DNA of 64,000 bases, taken from Rhizomicrobium sp. GTDB taxonomy: Bacteria; Pseudomonadota; Alphaproteobacteria; Micropepsales; Micropepsaceae. Where the stretch lies: positions 715-64,714 of the forward strand of contig DATFEF010000028.1 of assembly GCA_035251465.1 (NCBI GenBank). The letters run 5' to 3'. The position numbers and the translations under genes were made by a program. This document shows positions 31,567 to 41,551 of this stretch, piece by piece. Within the stretch, counting starts at the first letter, position 1. Each line of letters begins with the position of its first letter. The notes under the pieces were generated by a model, which worked only from the letters and a program-made list of their open reading frames with translations, was not told the DNA's origin and searched no databases.

Positions 31567-32058
31567 ATGAGCGGCGAAGGAACCCCCGTATCCGGCAATC
31601 AAACCCAGCCGGCCGCACCCAACCTTCAGGTTGTGGGCCAGTATATCAAGGATCTTTCCTTCGAAAATCCCGGCGTCACCGCGGGTATCACCGACCGGCC
31701 GCAGATCGAGCTGGCGGTGGACCTCAACGCCACCCGCCTTGGCGACAAGGACATGTTCGAAGTGGAACTGAAAATCCGCGTCGATGCCAAGAGTGACGGC
31801 AGGCCCCTGTTCCTGCTGGAACTTGCCTATGCCGGTGTTTTCCGCCTGACCAATGTTCCCGATACCGGCACCCAGCAGTTGATCCTGCTGATCCAAGCGC
31901 CGCACATGCTGTTCCCCTTTGTGCGCCGGATCGTCGCGGACGTGGTGCGCGACGGCGGCATGCCGCCTTTGATGATCGAGCCGATCGATTTCATGGCGCT
32001 GTACCAGGCCCGGGTAGCGCAACAAGCCGCAAATCAGCAGCCGCAGGGCAACGCCTGA
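31567..32058 (+). CDS. secB: Protein-export chaperone
   Basis: QYIKDLSFENP, ELAYAGVF, PPLMIEPIDF. Confidence 0.96.
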   Translation: MSGEGTPVSGNQTQPAAPNLQVVGQYIKDLSFENPGVTAGITDRPQIELAVDLNATRLGDKDMFEVELKIRVDAKSDGRPLFLLELAYAGVFRLTNVPDTGTQQLILLIQAPHMLFPFVRRIVADVVRDGGMPPLMIEPIDFMALYQARVAQQAANQQPQGNA

Positions 32059-32080
32059 ACATCTGAGAGAAGCTGAGCCC

Positions 32081-32147
32081 CTCATGCTTCGACGGGCTCA
32101 GCATGAGGATCTTTCTATTCCTCACCCTGAGCTTGTCGAAGGGTGAG
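32081..32147. repeat. CTTCGAC..GCTCAG-family palindromic repeat
   Basis: ctcatgcttcgacgggctcagcatgagg...cctcaccctgagcttgtcgaagggtgag. Confidence 0.85.
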
Positions 32148-32156
32148 ATTGCGCGG

Positions 32157-32840
32157 CTACGCGTTCCAGATCGACTTGTCGCCCAACTCCTTGGCGACAA
32201 AGGCGGCGTGGATTTCCAGTTCCGCCGTCGTAACCAAAGGGCTGAGTTTTTCAGGACGCTGGCGCGCGGCCCGCACCGCCTCGGTCGCGGCGGCGGCGAT
32301 CTCGACCGGCGCCAGCATCAAGCCGCGTTGCCGCCCGCCGATCAGTTCCAGATAGATTTCCGCCGTCAATTGCGCGTCCAGCAGCGCGCCATGGAGCGTG
32401 CGGGCCGACAGATCGACGCCGAACCGCTTGCACAATTCGTCCAGGGAATAGCGCGCGCCCGGAATCTTGCGCTTGGCGATTTCGATTGTGTCCACCGCGC
32501 GCGACAGCGGGATGGGGGCGCGGCCCACCCGGCTCAGTTCGGCATTGATGAACTTGATGTCGAAGCTGGCATTGTGGATCACCAGGGGCGCGTCGCCGAG
32601 AAACTCCAGGAACTCGTCCACCACATGCGCGAACAGCGCCTTGTCGGCCAGGAATTCCGCCGTCAACCCGTGCACGCGCTGGGACTCAATGGGGATATCG
32701 CGCTGCGGGTTCAGATAAAATTGCAGGGTGCGGCCGGTGGGGAAATGGTCCATCAGCTCGACACAGCCGATTTCCACGATGCGATGACCGTCGCCAGGCT
32801 CGAAGCCCGTCGTTTCTGTGTCGAAGACTATTTCACGCAT
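32157..32840 (-). CDS. dnaQ: DNA polymerase III epsilon subunit
   Basis: FDTETTG, HNASFD, HGALLDA. Confidence 0.96.
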   Translation of the reverse strand: MREIVFDTETTGFEPGDGHRIVEIGCVELMDHFPTGRTLQFYLNPQRDIPIESQRVHGLTAEFLADKALFAHVVDEFLEFLGDAPLVIHNASFDIKFINAELSRVGRAPIPLSRAVDTIEIAKRKIPGARYSLDELCKRFGVDLSARTLHGALLDAQLTAEIYLELIGGRQRGLMLAPVEIAAAATEAVRAARQRPEKLSPLVTTAELEIHAAFVAKELGDKSIWNA

Positions 32841-33426
32841 CTAATTTCGCCCGAATATCCGCCAGGATCATTTTCACCTGATCGCGGGCGTGATCCAAGC
32901 CCTTGTCGGTGGTCACCAAGTAATCTGCCTGTGCACGCTTTTGCGCGTCGCTCATCTGGCGCGCGGCCAGGGCGTTGAATTTGGCCTCGGTCATGCCGGG
33001 CCGGGCCAGAACCCGCTGGCGCTGTACCGCTTCCGGCGCGGTCGCCACCACCACCGCATCCACCTCGGTGCCGGTTTCCAGCAACAGGGGAATGTCCAGC
33101 ACCACGATCGGCGCTTTTGCTCCGGCGAGAAATTCTTCCCGCCGCTCGGCGACCAGGGGATGCATGAGCGCTTCCAGTCGTGCCAGGGCCGCTGCATCGC
33201 CGGTCACCAGCCGCCCCAGCGCGCCACGGTCCGCCGCGCCATTCTTGGTCGATCCGGGAAAGGCCGCCTCGATCATCGCCGCCGCCTCGCCGGCATAGAG
33301 ATCGTGAATGGCGGCATCGGCATCGAACACCGGCACGCCCTCGGCGGCAAAAAGTTTGGCGGTTTCGCTTTTGCCCATGCCGATCGCGCCGGTCAGGCCG
33401 ATCACAAAAGGCCTATTGGCGCTCAC
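32833..33426 (-). CDS. coaE: Dephospho-CoA kinase
   Basis: GLTGAIGMGKS, FDADA, LDIPLLLE. Confidence 0.95.
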   Translation of the reverse strand: MSANRPFVIGLTGAIGMGKSETAKLFAAEGVPVFDADAAIHDLYAGEAAAMIEAAFPGSTKNGAADRGALGRLVTGDAAALARLEALMHPLVAERREEFLAGAKAPIVVLDIPLLLETGTEVDAVVVATAPEAVQRQRVLARPGMTEAKFNALAARQMSDAQKRAQADYLVTTDKGLDHARDQVKMILADIRAKLDA

Positions 33427-34270
33427 GCAGAACCTTTTCCAATGTTTCGCGCAGAGCCGGCGTGACCTGCGGCCTGATGCCGAAGAACGCCTCGAAAGAC
33501 GGTACCGCCTGATGCATTAGCATACCCAGCCCGTCGATGGTCTTGTGGCCGCGTGCCGCCGCATCTTTCAGCAGCTTGGTTTCCAGGGGATTGTAGACGA
33601 TGTCGCAGACCGCGGCGGCTTTGGGCAGCGCCGCCAGATCGATATCCAAAGGCGGATTGGCGCTCATGCCCGCGCTGGTGGAATTGACAAGCAGCGCCGC
33701 CTCTCCCGCGCGGCTTGTCCAATCGCCCAATGTGCCCGGACTTATCGTTACTCTGACATGGGGCCCGAGTGCCGCCGCCAGCGTTTTGGCGCGGCCGGCA
33801 TCGCGATTGAGCAGATGGATTTTCCTCGCCCCCAGCATCTGCAGAGCCAGGACCGCGCCGCGCGCCGCGCCGCCCGCCCCCAGCAACACCGCCGCCTTGC
33901 CATCCAAACCGCCGATGGTCTCACGCAGAGACTCCGCCAGACCCAAACTGTCGGTGTTGCGGGCTTGGATTTCCCGCCCGTGGAAAATCAACAGATTGGC
34001 GGCGCCCGCCACGGCTGCGGCTTCGTCGGCACGGTGCGCCAGCGCAAAGGCCGCTTCCTTATGCGGCACGGTGACATTCACGCCCTGAAATCCCGCCCGG
34101 CGCACGCCATCGATAACCGCCGCAAAATCTTCTGTTTTTGCCGCCAGCGGGATCATCGCCCCGTCAATGTCATAGGCCTTAAGCCAGTGGCCATGCAGCA
34201 CCGGCGACAGCGAATGGCTTACCGGCCAACCGATGATCCCCGCGATCCTGCCTTGTCCCGTCAAACTCAT
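33413..34270 (-). CDS. aroE: Shikimate dehydrogenase
   Basis: HSLSP, NVTVPHK, GAGGAA, DIVYNP, GLGMLMHQA. Confidence 0.96.
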   Translation of the reverse strand: MSLTGQGRIAGIIGWPVSHSLSPVLHGHWLKAYDIDGAMIPLAAKTEDFAAVIDGVRRAGFQGVNVTVPHKEAAFALAHRADEAAAVAGAANLLIFHGREIQARNTDSLGLAESLRETIGGLDGKAAVLLGAGGAARGAVLALQMLGARKIHLLNRDAGRAKTLAAALGPHVRVTISPGTLGDWTSRAGEAALLVNSTSAGMSANPPLDIDLAALPKAAAVCDIVYNPLETKLLKDAAARGHKTIDGLGMLMHQAVPSFEAFFGIRPQVTPALRETLEKVLRERQ

Positions 34271-34854
34271 GACGCCAGTAAGCCTTCCTTGCGCAGCTGG
34301 GCCAGAACCGCGAGCAGCGGCAGCCCCAGCACCGAAAAATAATCGCCATCGACTGTAGCGAACAATTGCGCCCCGCGCCCTTCGAAATGATAGCAGCCGA
34401 CCGAGGAAAGGATCGCCGGTCCTTCCTGGGCAAGATAATCATCCAGGAATTGCGGGCTTAATGCGCGCATCGTCATCCGGCAGGGGCTGGCATGCGTCCA
34501 TAGCAGGGCCCCGTCGCGCGCCAGCGCCGCCGCCGAGACCAACAGATGCGTCTTGCCGGACAGCCGCGCCAACAGCGCGCGCGCCTGGTCCATGGTCGCG
34601 CATTTGCTGAGGTAGTCCCCCTCAAAAGCGATCACGCTGTCGCCGCCCAGCACAAGCTGTCCGGGATGGCGGCGCGCTACGGTCAGGGCCTTTTGTTCGG
34701 CCAGGCTGCGGGCCATGACTTCGGCGCCAACATCCTTGAATTCTGCCATCAGGGCGGCTTCGTCTAGGTCGGCGGGGTCGGCGGTAAAGCGCACGCCAGC
34801 TGCGGTCAGGAGCATTTTGCGGCTGCCGCTGGCGGATGCCAGGATCAGATTCAC
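34267..34854 (-). CDS. maf: Maf-family nucleoside triphosphate pyrophosphatase
   Basis: ILASASGSR, LGGDSV, LSGKTH, VLGLPL. GTG start overlaps the ppsR stop. Confidence 0.92.
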   Translation of the reverse strand: MNLILASASGSRKMLLTAAGVRFTADPADLDEAALMAEFKDVGAEVMARSLAEQKALTVARRHPGQLVLGGDSVIAFEGDYLSKCATMDQARALLARLSGKTHLLVSAAALARDGALLWTHASPCRMTMRALSPQFLDDYLAQEGPAILSSVGCYHFEGRGAQLFATVDGDYFSVLGLPLLAVLAQLRKEGLLAS

Positions 34855-35672
34855 CCGGTTTTTTCCTTGCGTTCGGCCAACAGGTTCATCACCGCCGCCG
34901 CCGTCTCTTCGATCGAACGGCGCGAAACATCGATCATCGGCCATTCCTGGTTTTCGAACAGCTGACGGGTGGCGGCGATCTCGGCCCGCACCGCATCCAG
35001 TTCGACATAGTTGCTGTCGCGATCCTCGCCCATGCTGGTCAGTCGGTTGCGCCGCACCTGCACCAGCCGGTCGGGCGAAACCCACAGACCCACGATCAAA
35101 GGCCCCCTGGCATTGAGCAGTTGCGGTGGCGCCGGCACGCCGGGGATCAGGGGAACATTGGCCGCCGGAATGCCGCGAATGGCGAGATAGACACAAGTCG
35201 GGGTCTTGGAGGTGCGGCTGGCGCCGGTCAGGATCACTTGCGCGCCCTGGATGGAATCCAGCGACTGGCCGTCATCATGGGCGATGGTAAAATTCAGGGC
35301 CTCGATCCGGTCGAGATAGCGCGCGTCTACTTCATGCTGGCGGCCCACCTTGTGGGTTTCCGCCCGGCCTAGGAACTGGCGCAGGGCCGTCACCGGGCCT
35401 TCCAGAACGTCAATGCAGCGTACCTGAATGTCGGCACAGCGGGCCATCAGCTTGTCGCGCAGCCCCTGATTGGCCAGGGTGAAGAACACAATCCCGGGCA
35501 TGATGGCAATATGATCCAGAGCGCGGGTCAATTGGGCCTGGGCCCGCACCAGGGCATAGGGATGGACCATAACATCGACATCATCGAACTGAGCCAAGGC
35601 GGCATTGGTCATGGCGTGCAGGGTTTCGCCGGTGGAATCCGAAACCAGATGAATATGAAATTTACGATCCAC
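34851..35672 (-). CDS. ppsR: Pyruvate,phosphate/water dikinase regulatory protein (DUF299)
   Basis: HLVSDSTGET, HDDG, SRTSKTPT, SIEETAA. Confidence 0.94.
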   Translation of the reverse strand: MDRKFHIHLVSDSTGETLHAMTNAALAQFDDVDVMVHPYALVRAQAQLTRALDHIAIMPGIVFFTLANQGLRDKLMARCADIQVRCIDVLEGPVTALRQFLGRAETHKVGRQHEVDARYLDRIEALNFTIAHDDGQSLDSIQGAQVILTGASRTSKTPTCVYLAIRGIPAANVPLIPGVPAPPQLLNARGPLIVGLWVSPDRLVQVRRNRLTSMGEDRDSNYVELDAVRAEIAATRQLFENQEWPMIDVSRRSIEETAAAVMNLLAERKEKTG

Positions 35673-35957
35673 AGAAGTTATCCAACTTGTCCGTCCAGCC
35701 TGTGATTCAGTCGGGATTAAAGCCGAAACCGGTCACAGGCTCCTAACGGGGAAACCAACCCGCGTGCAAACACGTATGGTTTGGGGATGCTTAGACCCGC
35801 CCACCAACATAGCATGCCCTCCCAGCCCAGCCGCTACAATTCCCGCAAGTGCTTGAGTCTGTGCCCGCCTTCGCTTAAGCCAAATCCGGTTTCACAGTTT
35901 GACCCACAACCCACAGCCCTAACATCTACACCATCATCTTAGAGTCTTAGGAGTCTT
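35665..35957. other. oriC: Chromosomal replication origin oriC
   Basis: Lies between divergent DUF299 and hemE, as Caulobacter Cori does. DnaA-box-like cgatccaca (35665), ttatccaac (35678) and tgacccaca (35900); ccacagccc followed by an atc/cat triplet tract; four GANTC sites (35704, 35855, 35942, 35951). Confidence 0.8.
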
Positions 35958-36983
35958 GTGTTGAAGAGTGATCGTAAGCTCGTGCGTGTGCTCGAAGGTT
36001 CAGTGGAGAAGGTGCCACCGATCTGGCTGATGCGCCAGGCGGGACGCTATCTGCCGGAATACCGGGAGCTGCGCGCCAAGGCCGGATCTTTCTGGGCCAT
36101 GGCGCTGACGCCCAAATATGCCGCTGAAATAACTTTGCAGCCGATACGCCGCTTTGATTTCGACGCCGCGATCCTGTTTTCCGACATCCTGACGGTGCCG
36201 GAGGCTTTGGGTCAGAAGGTGACTTTCACCGAAGGCGAAGGCCCCAGCCTAAAACCTGTGACATCCATCCAGGGCTTCAACGAGGATCGTGTGCAATGGG
36301 CAAATTATTTCGAGCCGGTCTATGAGGCGCTGCGGTTGACCCGGGCTGGGCTGACGCCGGGGACCGCCTTGTTGGGTTTTGCGGGCGCACCCTGGACCCT
36401 GGCGACTTATCTGGCTGCGGGCGTGGGCGGTGATGATCAGAAGGCGGCCAAGTTGTGGGCTTATCGCGATCCGCAGGGCTTTGGATATCTTTTGGATATC
36501 TTGGCGGATTGTGTCGCTTTTCATCTGATCCGCCAGTTGGAAGCCGGCGCCGATGCGGTGCAGATTTTCGACAGCTGGGCTGGCGGGGTACCGGCATCTC
36601 TGTTTGAGCGGGTGGTGATTGCACCGGCCAAGAAGATTGTTGCCGCCGTACGCGCCGCCCGGCCTGATGCGAAGATTATTGGATTTCCTCGCGGGGTCAC
36701 ACTGGCCGGGTATCAGGATTATTTGCAGGCAACCGGCGTCGATGCCTTGTCACTGGACAGTGCCACACCGATGCCCTGGGCGGCGGCGAATTTGAACCGT
36801 GCCCTGCAGGGCAATCTGGACCCCATCGCCTTAATCGCGGGCGGCGCAGCGCTGGACCGGGCGGTGGACGAGATTCTGCAAGCCGCCAATGGCAAACCCC
36901 ATATTTTCAATCTGGGTCACGGCATTTTGCCCGAGACCCCCATCGCCCATGTCGAACAGTTGCTGAAGCGCATTCGCGGATGA
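35958..36983 (+). CDS. hemE: Uroporphyrinogen decarboxylase
   Basis: PIWLMRQAGRYLPEY, FSDIL, QGNLDP, FNLGHG. Confidence 0.97.
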   Translation: MLKSDRKLVRVLEGSVEKVPPIWLMRQAGRYLPEYRELRAKAGSFWAMALTPKYAAEITLQPIRRFDFDAAILFSDILTVPEALGQKVTFTEGEGPSLKPVTSIQGFNEDRVQWANYFEPVYEALRLTRAGLTPGTALLGFAGAPWTLATYLAAGVGGDDQKAAKLWAYRDPQGFGYLLDILADCVAFHLIRQLEAGADAVQIFDSWAGGVPASLFERVVIAPAKKIVAAVRAARPDAKIIGFPRGVTLAGYQDYLQATGVDALSLDSATPMPWAAANLNRALQGNLDPIALIAGGAALDRAVDEILQAANGKPHIFNLGHGILPETPIAHVEQLLKRIRG

Positions 36984-38002
36984 GACTGGCCATTATCCTG
37001 TTCAACCTGGGCGGGCCGGATTCTCCGGAAGCTGTGGAACCGTTTCTGCGCAATCTGTTTTCCGATGCCGCGATCATCTCACTACCCGCGATCTTGCGGT
37101 TGCCTTTGGCCAGAATGATCGCCCGGCGGCGCGCCCCGGTGGCGCGCAAGATTTATGACCATATCGGCGGTCGGTCGCCGATTTTTGAGGAAACGCGCAG
37201 GCAGGCCAATGCCCTGGAAGCGGCGCTGTCGCGCGACGGCGTGGAGGCCAAGGCCTTTATCGCCATGCGCTATTGGCATCCCTTCAGCGATGGCGCGGCA
37301 CGGGCGGTCAAAGCTTTTGCCCCGGACAAGATCGTGCTGCTGCCGCTCTATCCGCAATACTCCACCGCCACCAGCGCATCGTCGCTGAAGGACTGGGCGC
37401 GGGCGGCGAAGAAGGTGGAGCTAAAAGTGCCCACTTCGCTTGTGTGTTGTTATCCCTATGACCTAAGTTTTGTCGCCAGCGCGGCGGCGCGGATCCATGA
37501 GGCGGCTCGCGACTTAAAGCCGGCTACCGGCTATCGCCTGCTTTTGTCGGCGCACGGCCTTCCCAAGCGCACCATCGCCAGGGGCGATCCCTATCAGTGG
37601 CAGGTGGAACAAAGCGCCGCAGCAGTGGTCAAGGCGCTAAATCGGCCCGAATGGGAAACAGTGGTCTGTTACCAAAGCCGGGTTGGTCCGCTGGAATGGA
37701 TCGGCCCCGGCACCGACGCGGAAATCCGCCGCGCCGGGCGTGACGGCAAAGGCGTGATCCTGGCCCCCATCGCTTTTGTCAGCGAACATTCCGAGACCTT
37801 GGTGGAACTGGATATCGAATACCGCAAGCTGGCGGCCGAGGCCGGAGTGCCCGACTATCGCCGCGCCGCTACGGTGGGAACGCAGCGTGATTTCATCGAT
37901 GGGTTGGCGGGGCTTGTGCGGGCCGCCCTGGACGGCAAGACTATCACCTGCGGTAACGGGCGTATCTGCCCGTCCGAACACAAATGCTGCGGATACAATT
38001 AA
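36980..38002 (+). CDS. hemH: Ferrochelatase with Cys-rich C-terminus
   Basis: FNLGGP, PLYPQYS, SAHGLP, FVSEHSETLVELD; tail CGNGRICPSEHKCCG. Confidence 0.96.
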   Translation: MRLAIILFNLGGPDSPEAVEPFLRNLFSDAAIISLPAILRLPLARMIARRRAPVARKIYDHIGGRSPIFEETRRQANALEAALSRDGVEAKAFIAMRYWHPFSDGAARAVKAFAPDKIVLLPLYPQYSTATSASSLKDWARAAKKVELKVPTSLVCCYPYDLSFVASAAARIHEAARDLKPATGYRLLLSAHGLPKRTIARGDPYQWQVEQSAAAVVKALNRPEWETVVCYQSRVGPLEWIGPGTDAEIRRAGRDGKGVILAPIAFVSEHSETLVELDIEYRKLAAEAGVPDYRRAATVGTQRDFIDGLAGLVRAALDGKTITCGNGRICPSEHKCCGYN

Positions 38003-38012
38003 GGAAACGCCG

Positions 38013-38471
38013 ATGGACGCGCTGCGCAACGAATTGTCCAATTATATTCCCTGGCTGTTGGCGGCCCATCTGATCGCCGTAATCGCCTGGATGTCGGCCA
38101 TGCTCTATCTGCCGCGCCTGTTTGTCTATCACACCGAAGCGGCGCCGGGATCGGAATCCAGCGAGCGCTTCAAGGTGATGGAACGCCGCCTGCTGAAAGC
38201 CATCATGAATCCGGCGATGATCGCGGTATGGATTTTGGGGCCGCTGTTGGCCTGGCTGACCGGCGCCTATCTGGACACCTGGCTGCAGGTCAAATTCGTG
38301 CTGGTGATCATCATGAGCGGCATGCACGGGCTGTTCGTGCGCTGCTGGCGCGCCTTCGCGGAAGACCGCAACACCCATTCGGCGCGCTTCTACCGCATCG
38401 CCAATGAGGTGCCGGCGCTGCTGATGGTGCTGATCGTGATCTTGGTTAAGATCCAGCCTTTTGGGGAGTGA
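38013..38471 (+). CDS. hemJ: Protoporphyrinogen oxidase HemJ
   Basis: LYLPRLFVYH, MERRLLKAIMNP, RIANEVP. Confidence 0.94.
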   Translation: MDALRNELSNYIPWLLAAHLIAVIAWMSAMLYLPRLFVYHTEAAPGSESSERFKVMERRLLKAIMNPAMIAVWILGPLLAWLTGAYLDTWLQVKFVLVIIMSGMHGLFVRCWRAFAEDRNTHSARFYRIANEVPALLMVLIVILVKIQPFGE

Positions 38472-38549
38472 GGAGCGGCGCGCAAAGCGGGCGAGCAGGT
38501 CCAGCGGACCTGCGAGAGCGACGAACGCCGCGAGCCTAAGCGAGCGGCC
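38466..38549 (+). repeat. GGTCCAG.GGACC-core element overlapping the hemJ stop
   Basis: gagTGAggagcggcgcgc...gcaggtccagcggacctgc...gacgaacgccgcgagcctaagcgagcggcc. Confidence 0.85.
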
Positions 38550-38786
38550 ACATGAACTGCCTGAAACATTAATTGCGCGCACCCCAAACGGCCCGGCGAT
38601 AGAGATATTTGCAAGCCCCACAAATCAGGCTATAAACAATCCGTCTGATTGACCTGCGCGGGCCCCGGTTAAGGGGACGCGGACCGCAAAACGGGTAACA
38701 GGTCGGAACCAACCTCTTCGATGATCGCGTCCGGGCGCAACGCCTTCGTTCATCGATAGCCCCCCTTTCGTTTAGGTGCCCTCCCC

Positions 38787-40070
38787 ATGACAGTCCAAGA
38801 CGGCTTGCAGGCGATGAAGCTGCAGGACCTTAAGAACAAAAAACCCGCAGATTTGCTGGCTTTCGCCGAGGAACTCGAGATTGAGAACGCATCGTCCATG
38901 CGCAAGCAGGACATGCTGTTCGCCATCCTCAAGGAACTTGCGGAGCGCGAGGTCGAGATCACCGGAACCGGGGTGGTGGAAATCCTCCAGGACGGCTTCG
39001 GCTTCCTGCGCTCACCGGAATCCAACTACCTGCCCGGTCCGGACGATATTTATGTTTCCCCCTCCCAGATCCGCCGCTTCGGTCTTCGCACCGGCGATAC
39101 CGCCGAAGGCCCGATCCGCGCCCCCAAGGAAGGCGAGCGCTATTTCGCCCTGCTCAAGGTCACGACCATCAATTTCGAGGACCCCGAGCAGATCAAGCAC
39201 AAGGTGCATTTCGACAATCTGACGCCGCTCTATCCCACCCGCTGGCTGAAGATGGAACTCGACGATCCCACCATCAAGGACAAGACCGGGCGGGTGATCG
39301 ATATCGTGGCGCCGCAGGGCATGGGCCAGCGCGCCTTGATCACCGCGCCGCCGCGCACTGGCAAGACGGTGATCCTGCAGAATATCGCCAAGGCGATCGC
39401 CGCCAATCATCCCGAGGCCTTCCTGATCGTGCTTCTGATCGACGAACGTCCCGAGGAAGTCACCGACATGCAGCGCACCGTGAAAGGCGAGGTGATCTCC
39501 TCCACCTTCGACGAACCGGCGACGCGTCACGTCCAGGTCGCCGAAATGGTGATCGAAAAGGCCAAGCGCCTGGTCGAGCATAAGCGCGACGTGATCATCC
39601 TTTTGGACTCCATCACCCGCTTAGGCCGCGCCTACAACACGGTTGTTCCCTCGTCCGGCAAGGTGCTGACCGGCGGCGTGGACGCCAATGCCTTGCAGCG
39701 CCCCAAGCGCTTCTTCGGCGCGGCGCGCAATATCGAGGAAGGCGGCTCGCTGACCATCATCGCCACAGCTTTGATCGATACCGGCAGCCGCATGGACGAA
39801 GTGATTTTCGAAGAGTTCAAGGGCACCGGCAACAGCGAAATCATCTTGGACCGCAAGGTCGCCGACAAGCGCGTCTTCCCCGCCATCGATATCATGCGGT
39901 CCGGCACCCGCAAGGACGAGTTGTTGATCGACAAGGGCACCCTGGCCAAGACCTATGTTCTGCGCCGCATCCTGGCGCCGATGGGTACCATCGACGCCAT
40001 CGAATTCCTGCTCGACAAGCTGCGGTCGGCCAAGAACAATGCGGACTTCTTCGAGAGCATGAATACCTGA
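38787..40070 (+). CDS. rho: Transcription termination factor Rho
   Basis: [42 protein letters not shown]. Start may be 38814. Confidence 0.98.
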   Translation: MTVQDGLQAMKLQDLKNKKPADLLAFAEELEIENASSMRKQDMLFAILKELAEREVEITGTGVVEILQDGFGFLRSPESNYLPGPDDIYVSPSQIRRFGLRTGDTAEGPIRAPKEGERYFALLKVTTINFEDPEQIKHKVHFDNLTPLYPTRWLKMELDDPTIKDKTGRVIDIVAPQGMGQRALITAPPRTGKTVILQNIAKAIAANHPEAFLIVLLIDERPEEVTDMQRTVKGEVISSTFDEPATRHVQVAEMVIEKAKRLVEHKRDVIILLDSITRLGRAYNTVVPSSGKVLTGGVDANALQRPKRFFGAARNIEEGGSLTIIATALIDTGSRMDEVIFEEFKGTGNSEIILDRKVADKRVFPAIDIMRSGTRKDELLIDKGTLAKTYVLRRILAPMGTIDAIEFLLDKLRSAKNNADFFESMNT

Positions 40071-40095
40071 GGGTGTTCCGCGGGAAGAAGAGCTT

Positions 40096-40545
40096 ATGAA
40101 CGCGCTTGTTCGTGCCGCGGGGCTTCATGATCTCGACTTGGTGGTTCCTCTGTTTGATGGTTATCGGCAATTTTATGGCCGAACGTCAGACGAGATTCTG
40201 GCGCGCACATTTCTGCGGGAGCGGATGGGCCGGAAGGAATCCGTCATATTTCTAGCAGAAGCCGATGGCCGCGCCGTGGGTTTTACGCAGCTCTATCCCA
40301 GCTTCACCTCGACCGGGGCCGCGCGGATCTGGATACTGAATGATCTTTTTGTCGACCCCCAGAGCAGGGGGCGCGGCATCGCCAGTCTGTTGCTGGATGC
40401 TGCCGTGACGTTTTCCAAAGAGACAGGCGCGATCAGGCTTTCGCTTTCTACCGCGGTAACAAACCGTGCCGCACAGGCTTTGTATGAGCGGCGCGGCTGG
40501 AAGAAAGACACGGAGTTCCTGCATTACACTTTGGCCAATCAATAG
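40096..40545 (+). CDS. GNAT family N-acetyltransferase
   Basis: LFDGYRQFY, GFTQLYPSF, WILNDLFV..SRGRGIA. Confidence 0.9.
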   Translation: MNALVRAAGLHDLDLVVPLFDGYRQFYGRTSDEILARTFLRERMGRKESVIFLAEADGRAVGFTQLYPSFTSTGAARIWILNDLFVDPQSRGRGIASLLLDAAVTFSKETGAIRLSLSTAVTNRAAQALYERRGWKKDTEFLHYTLANQ

Positions 40546-40562
40546 CCCCCATAGGGGCTTTT
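40544..40562 (+). terminator. Short intrinsic terminator candidate
   Basis: agcccc-cata-ggggct followed by ttt. Confidence 0.4.
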
Positions 40563-40574
40563 GCCATTCTGGCC

Positions 40575-41549
40575 TCACGGAATCAAAATGGTTGCCCCAG
40601 TCGTCTGCTTGCCGGTCAGCGCGTCATGCGCCTGGGCCGCATCCATCAGCGCAAAGCGCTGGTTGATCGCGACCTTCACCGCACCCGATTGGATCACCGC
40701 AAACAGGTCGTCGGCGGTTTCCTGAAGCTCCTGCTTGGTGCTGGTGTAATGCGCCAACACCGGCCTTGTGACGAACAGCGAGCCCCTGGCAGCCAAGGCG
40801 GAGGGCGGGAAGGGATCGACCGGACCCGAAGCATTGCCATAGGTCACCATGATGCCGCGCGGCTGCAGGCAATCCAACCCGGCCAGGAAGGTATCCTTAC
40901 CGATGGAGTCGTACACCACCGGCACGCCCTTGCCGCCGGTGATCTCGCGCACGGTCTTTTCCCAGCCCGTATCCTTGCTGTTCAGCACATGGGCGCAGCC
41001 ATTGGCGCGCGCCAGCGCCACCTTGCCCGGCGAGGTGGTGGTGCCGATCACGGTGGCGCCCAAGTGCCTGGCCCATTGGCAGCCGATCTGGCCCACCCCG
41101 CCGGCGGCGGCATGAAAGACGATGGTCTCGCCCGCCTTCACCGGATGAATCCGCCGCAGCAGATATTGCGCCGTCATGCCTTTGAGCAGGATGGCGGCGG
41201 CCAGTTCGTCGCTGATCGCGTCGGGCAGATGCACCAATTTTTCGGCAGCCACATTGTTGGCCTGGGCATAGGAGCCGATGGCGCCGCTGCAATAGCCAAC
41301 CCGCTCGCCAAGCTTGAAACCGGCGACGCCTTCGCCGACCGCCGCCACTATGCCCGCCGCTTCCGAACCTATGCCCGACGGCAAAGGCAGCGGATAAAGG
41401 CCGGTGCGGTGATAGGTGTCGATGAAGTTCACGCCGATGGCGGCATGGCGGACCTGCACCTGGCCCTTGGCCGGCGGCGGCAGGTCGTAATCCACATATT
41501 GCAGCACATCGCTGCCACCGGTTTTTTCAAAACGGATGGCCTTGATCAT
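40575..41549 (-). CDS. qor: NADPH:quinone oxidoreductase
   Basis: GVNFIDTYHRTGLY, LKGMTAQY, HAAAGGVG, YGNASG. Confidence 0.93.
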   Translation of the reverse strand: MIKAIRFEKTGGSDVLQYVDYDLPPPAKGQVQVRHAAIGVNFIDTYHRTGLYPLPLPSGIGSEAAGIVAAVGEGVAGFKLGERVGYCSGAIGSYAQANNVAAEKLVHLPDAISDELAAAILLKGMTAQYLLRRIHPVKAGETIVFHAAAGGVGQIGCQWARHLGATVIGTTTSPGKVALARANGCAHVLNSKDTGWEKTVREITGGKGVPVVYDSIGKDTFLAGLDCLQPRGIMVTYGNASGPVDPFPPSALAARGSLFVTRPVLAHYTSTKQELQETADDLFAVIQSGAVKVAINQRFALMDAAQAHDALTGKQTTGATILIP

Positions 41550-41551
41550 GT

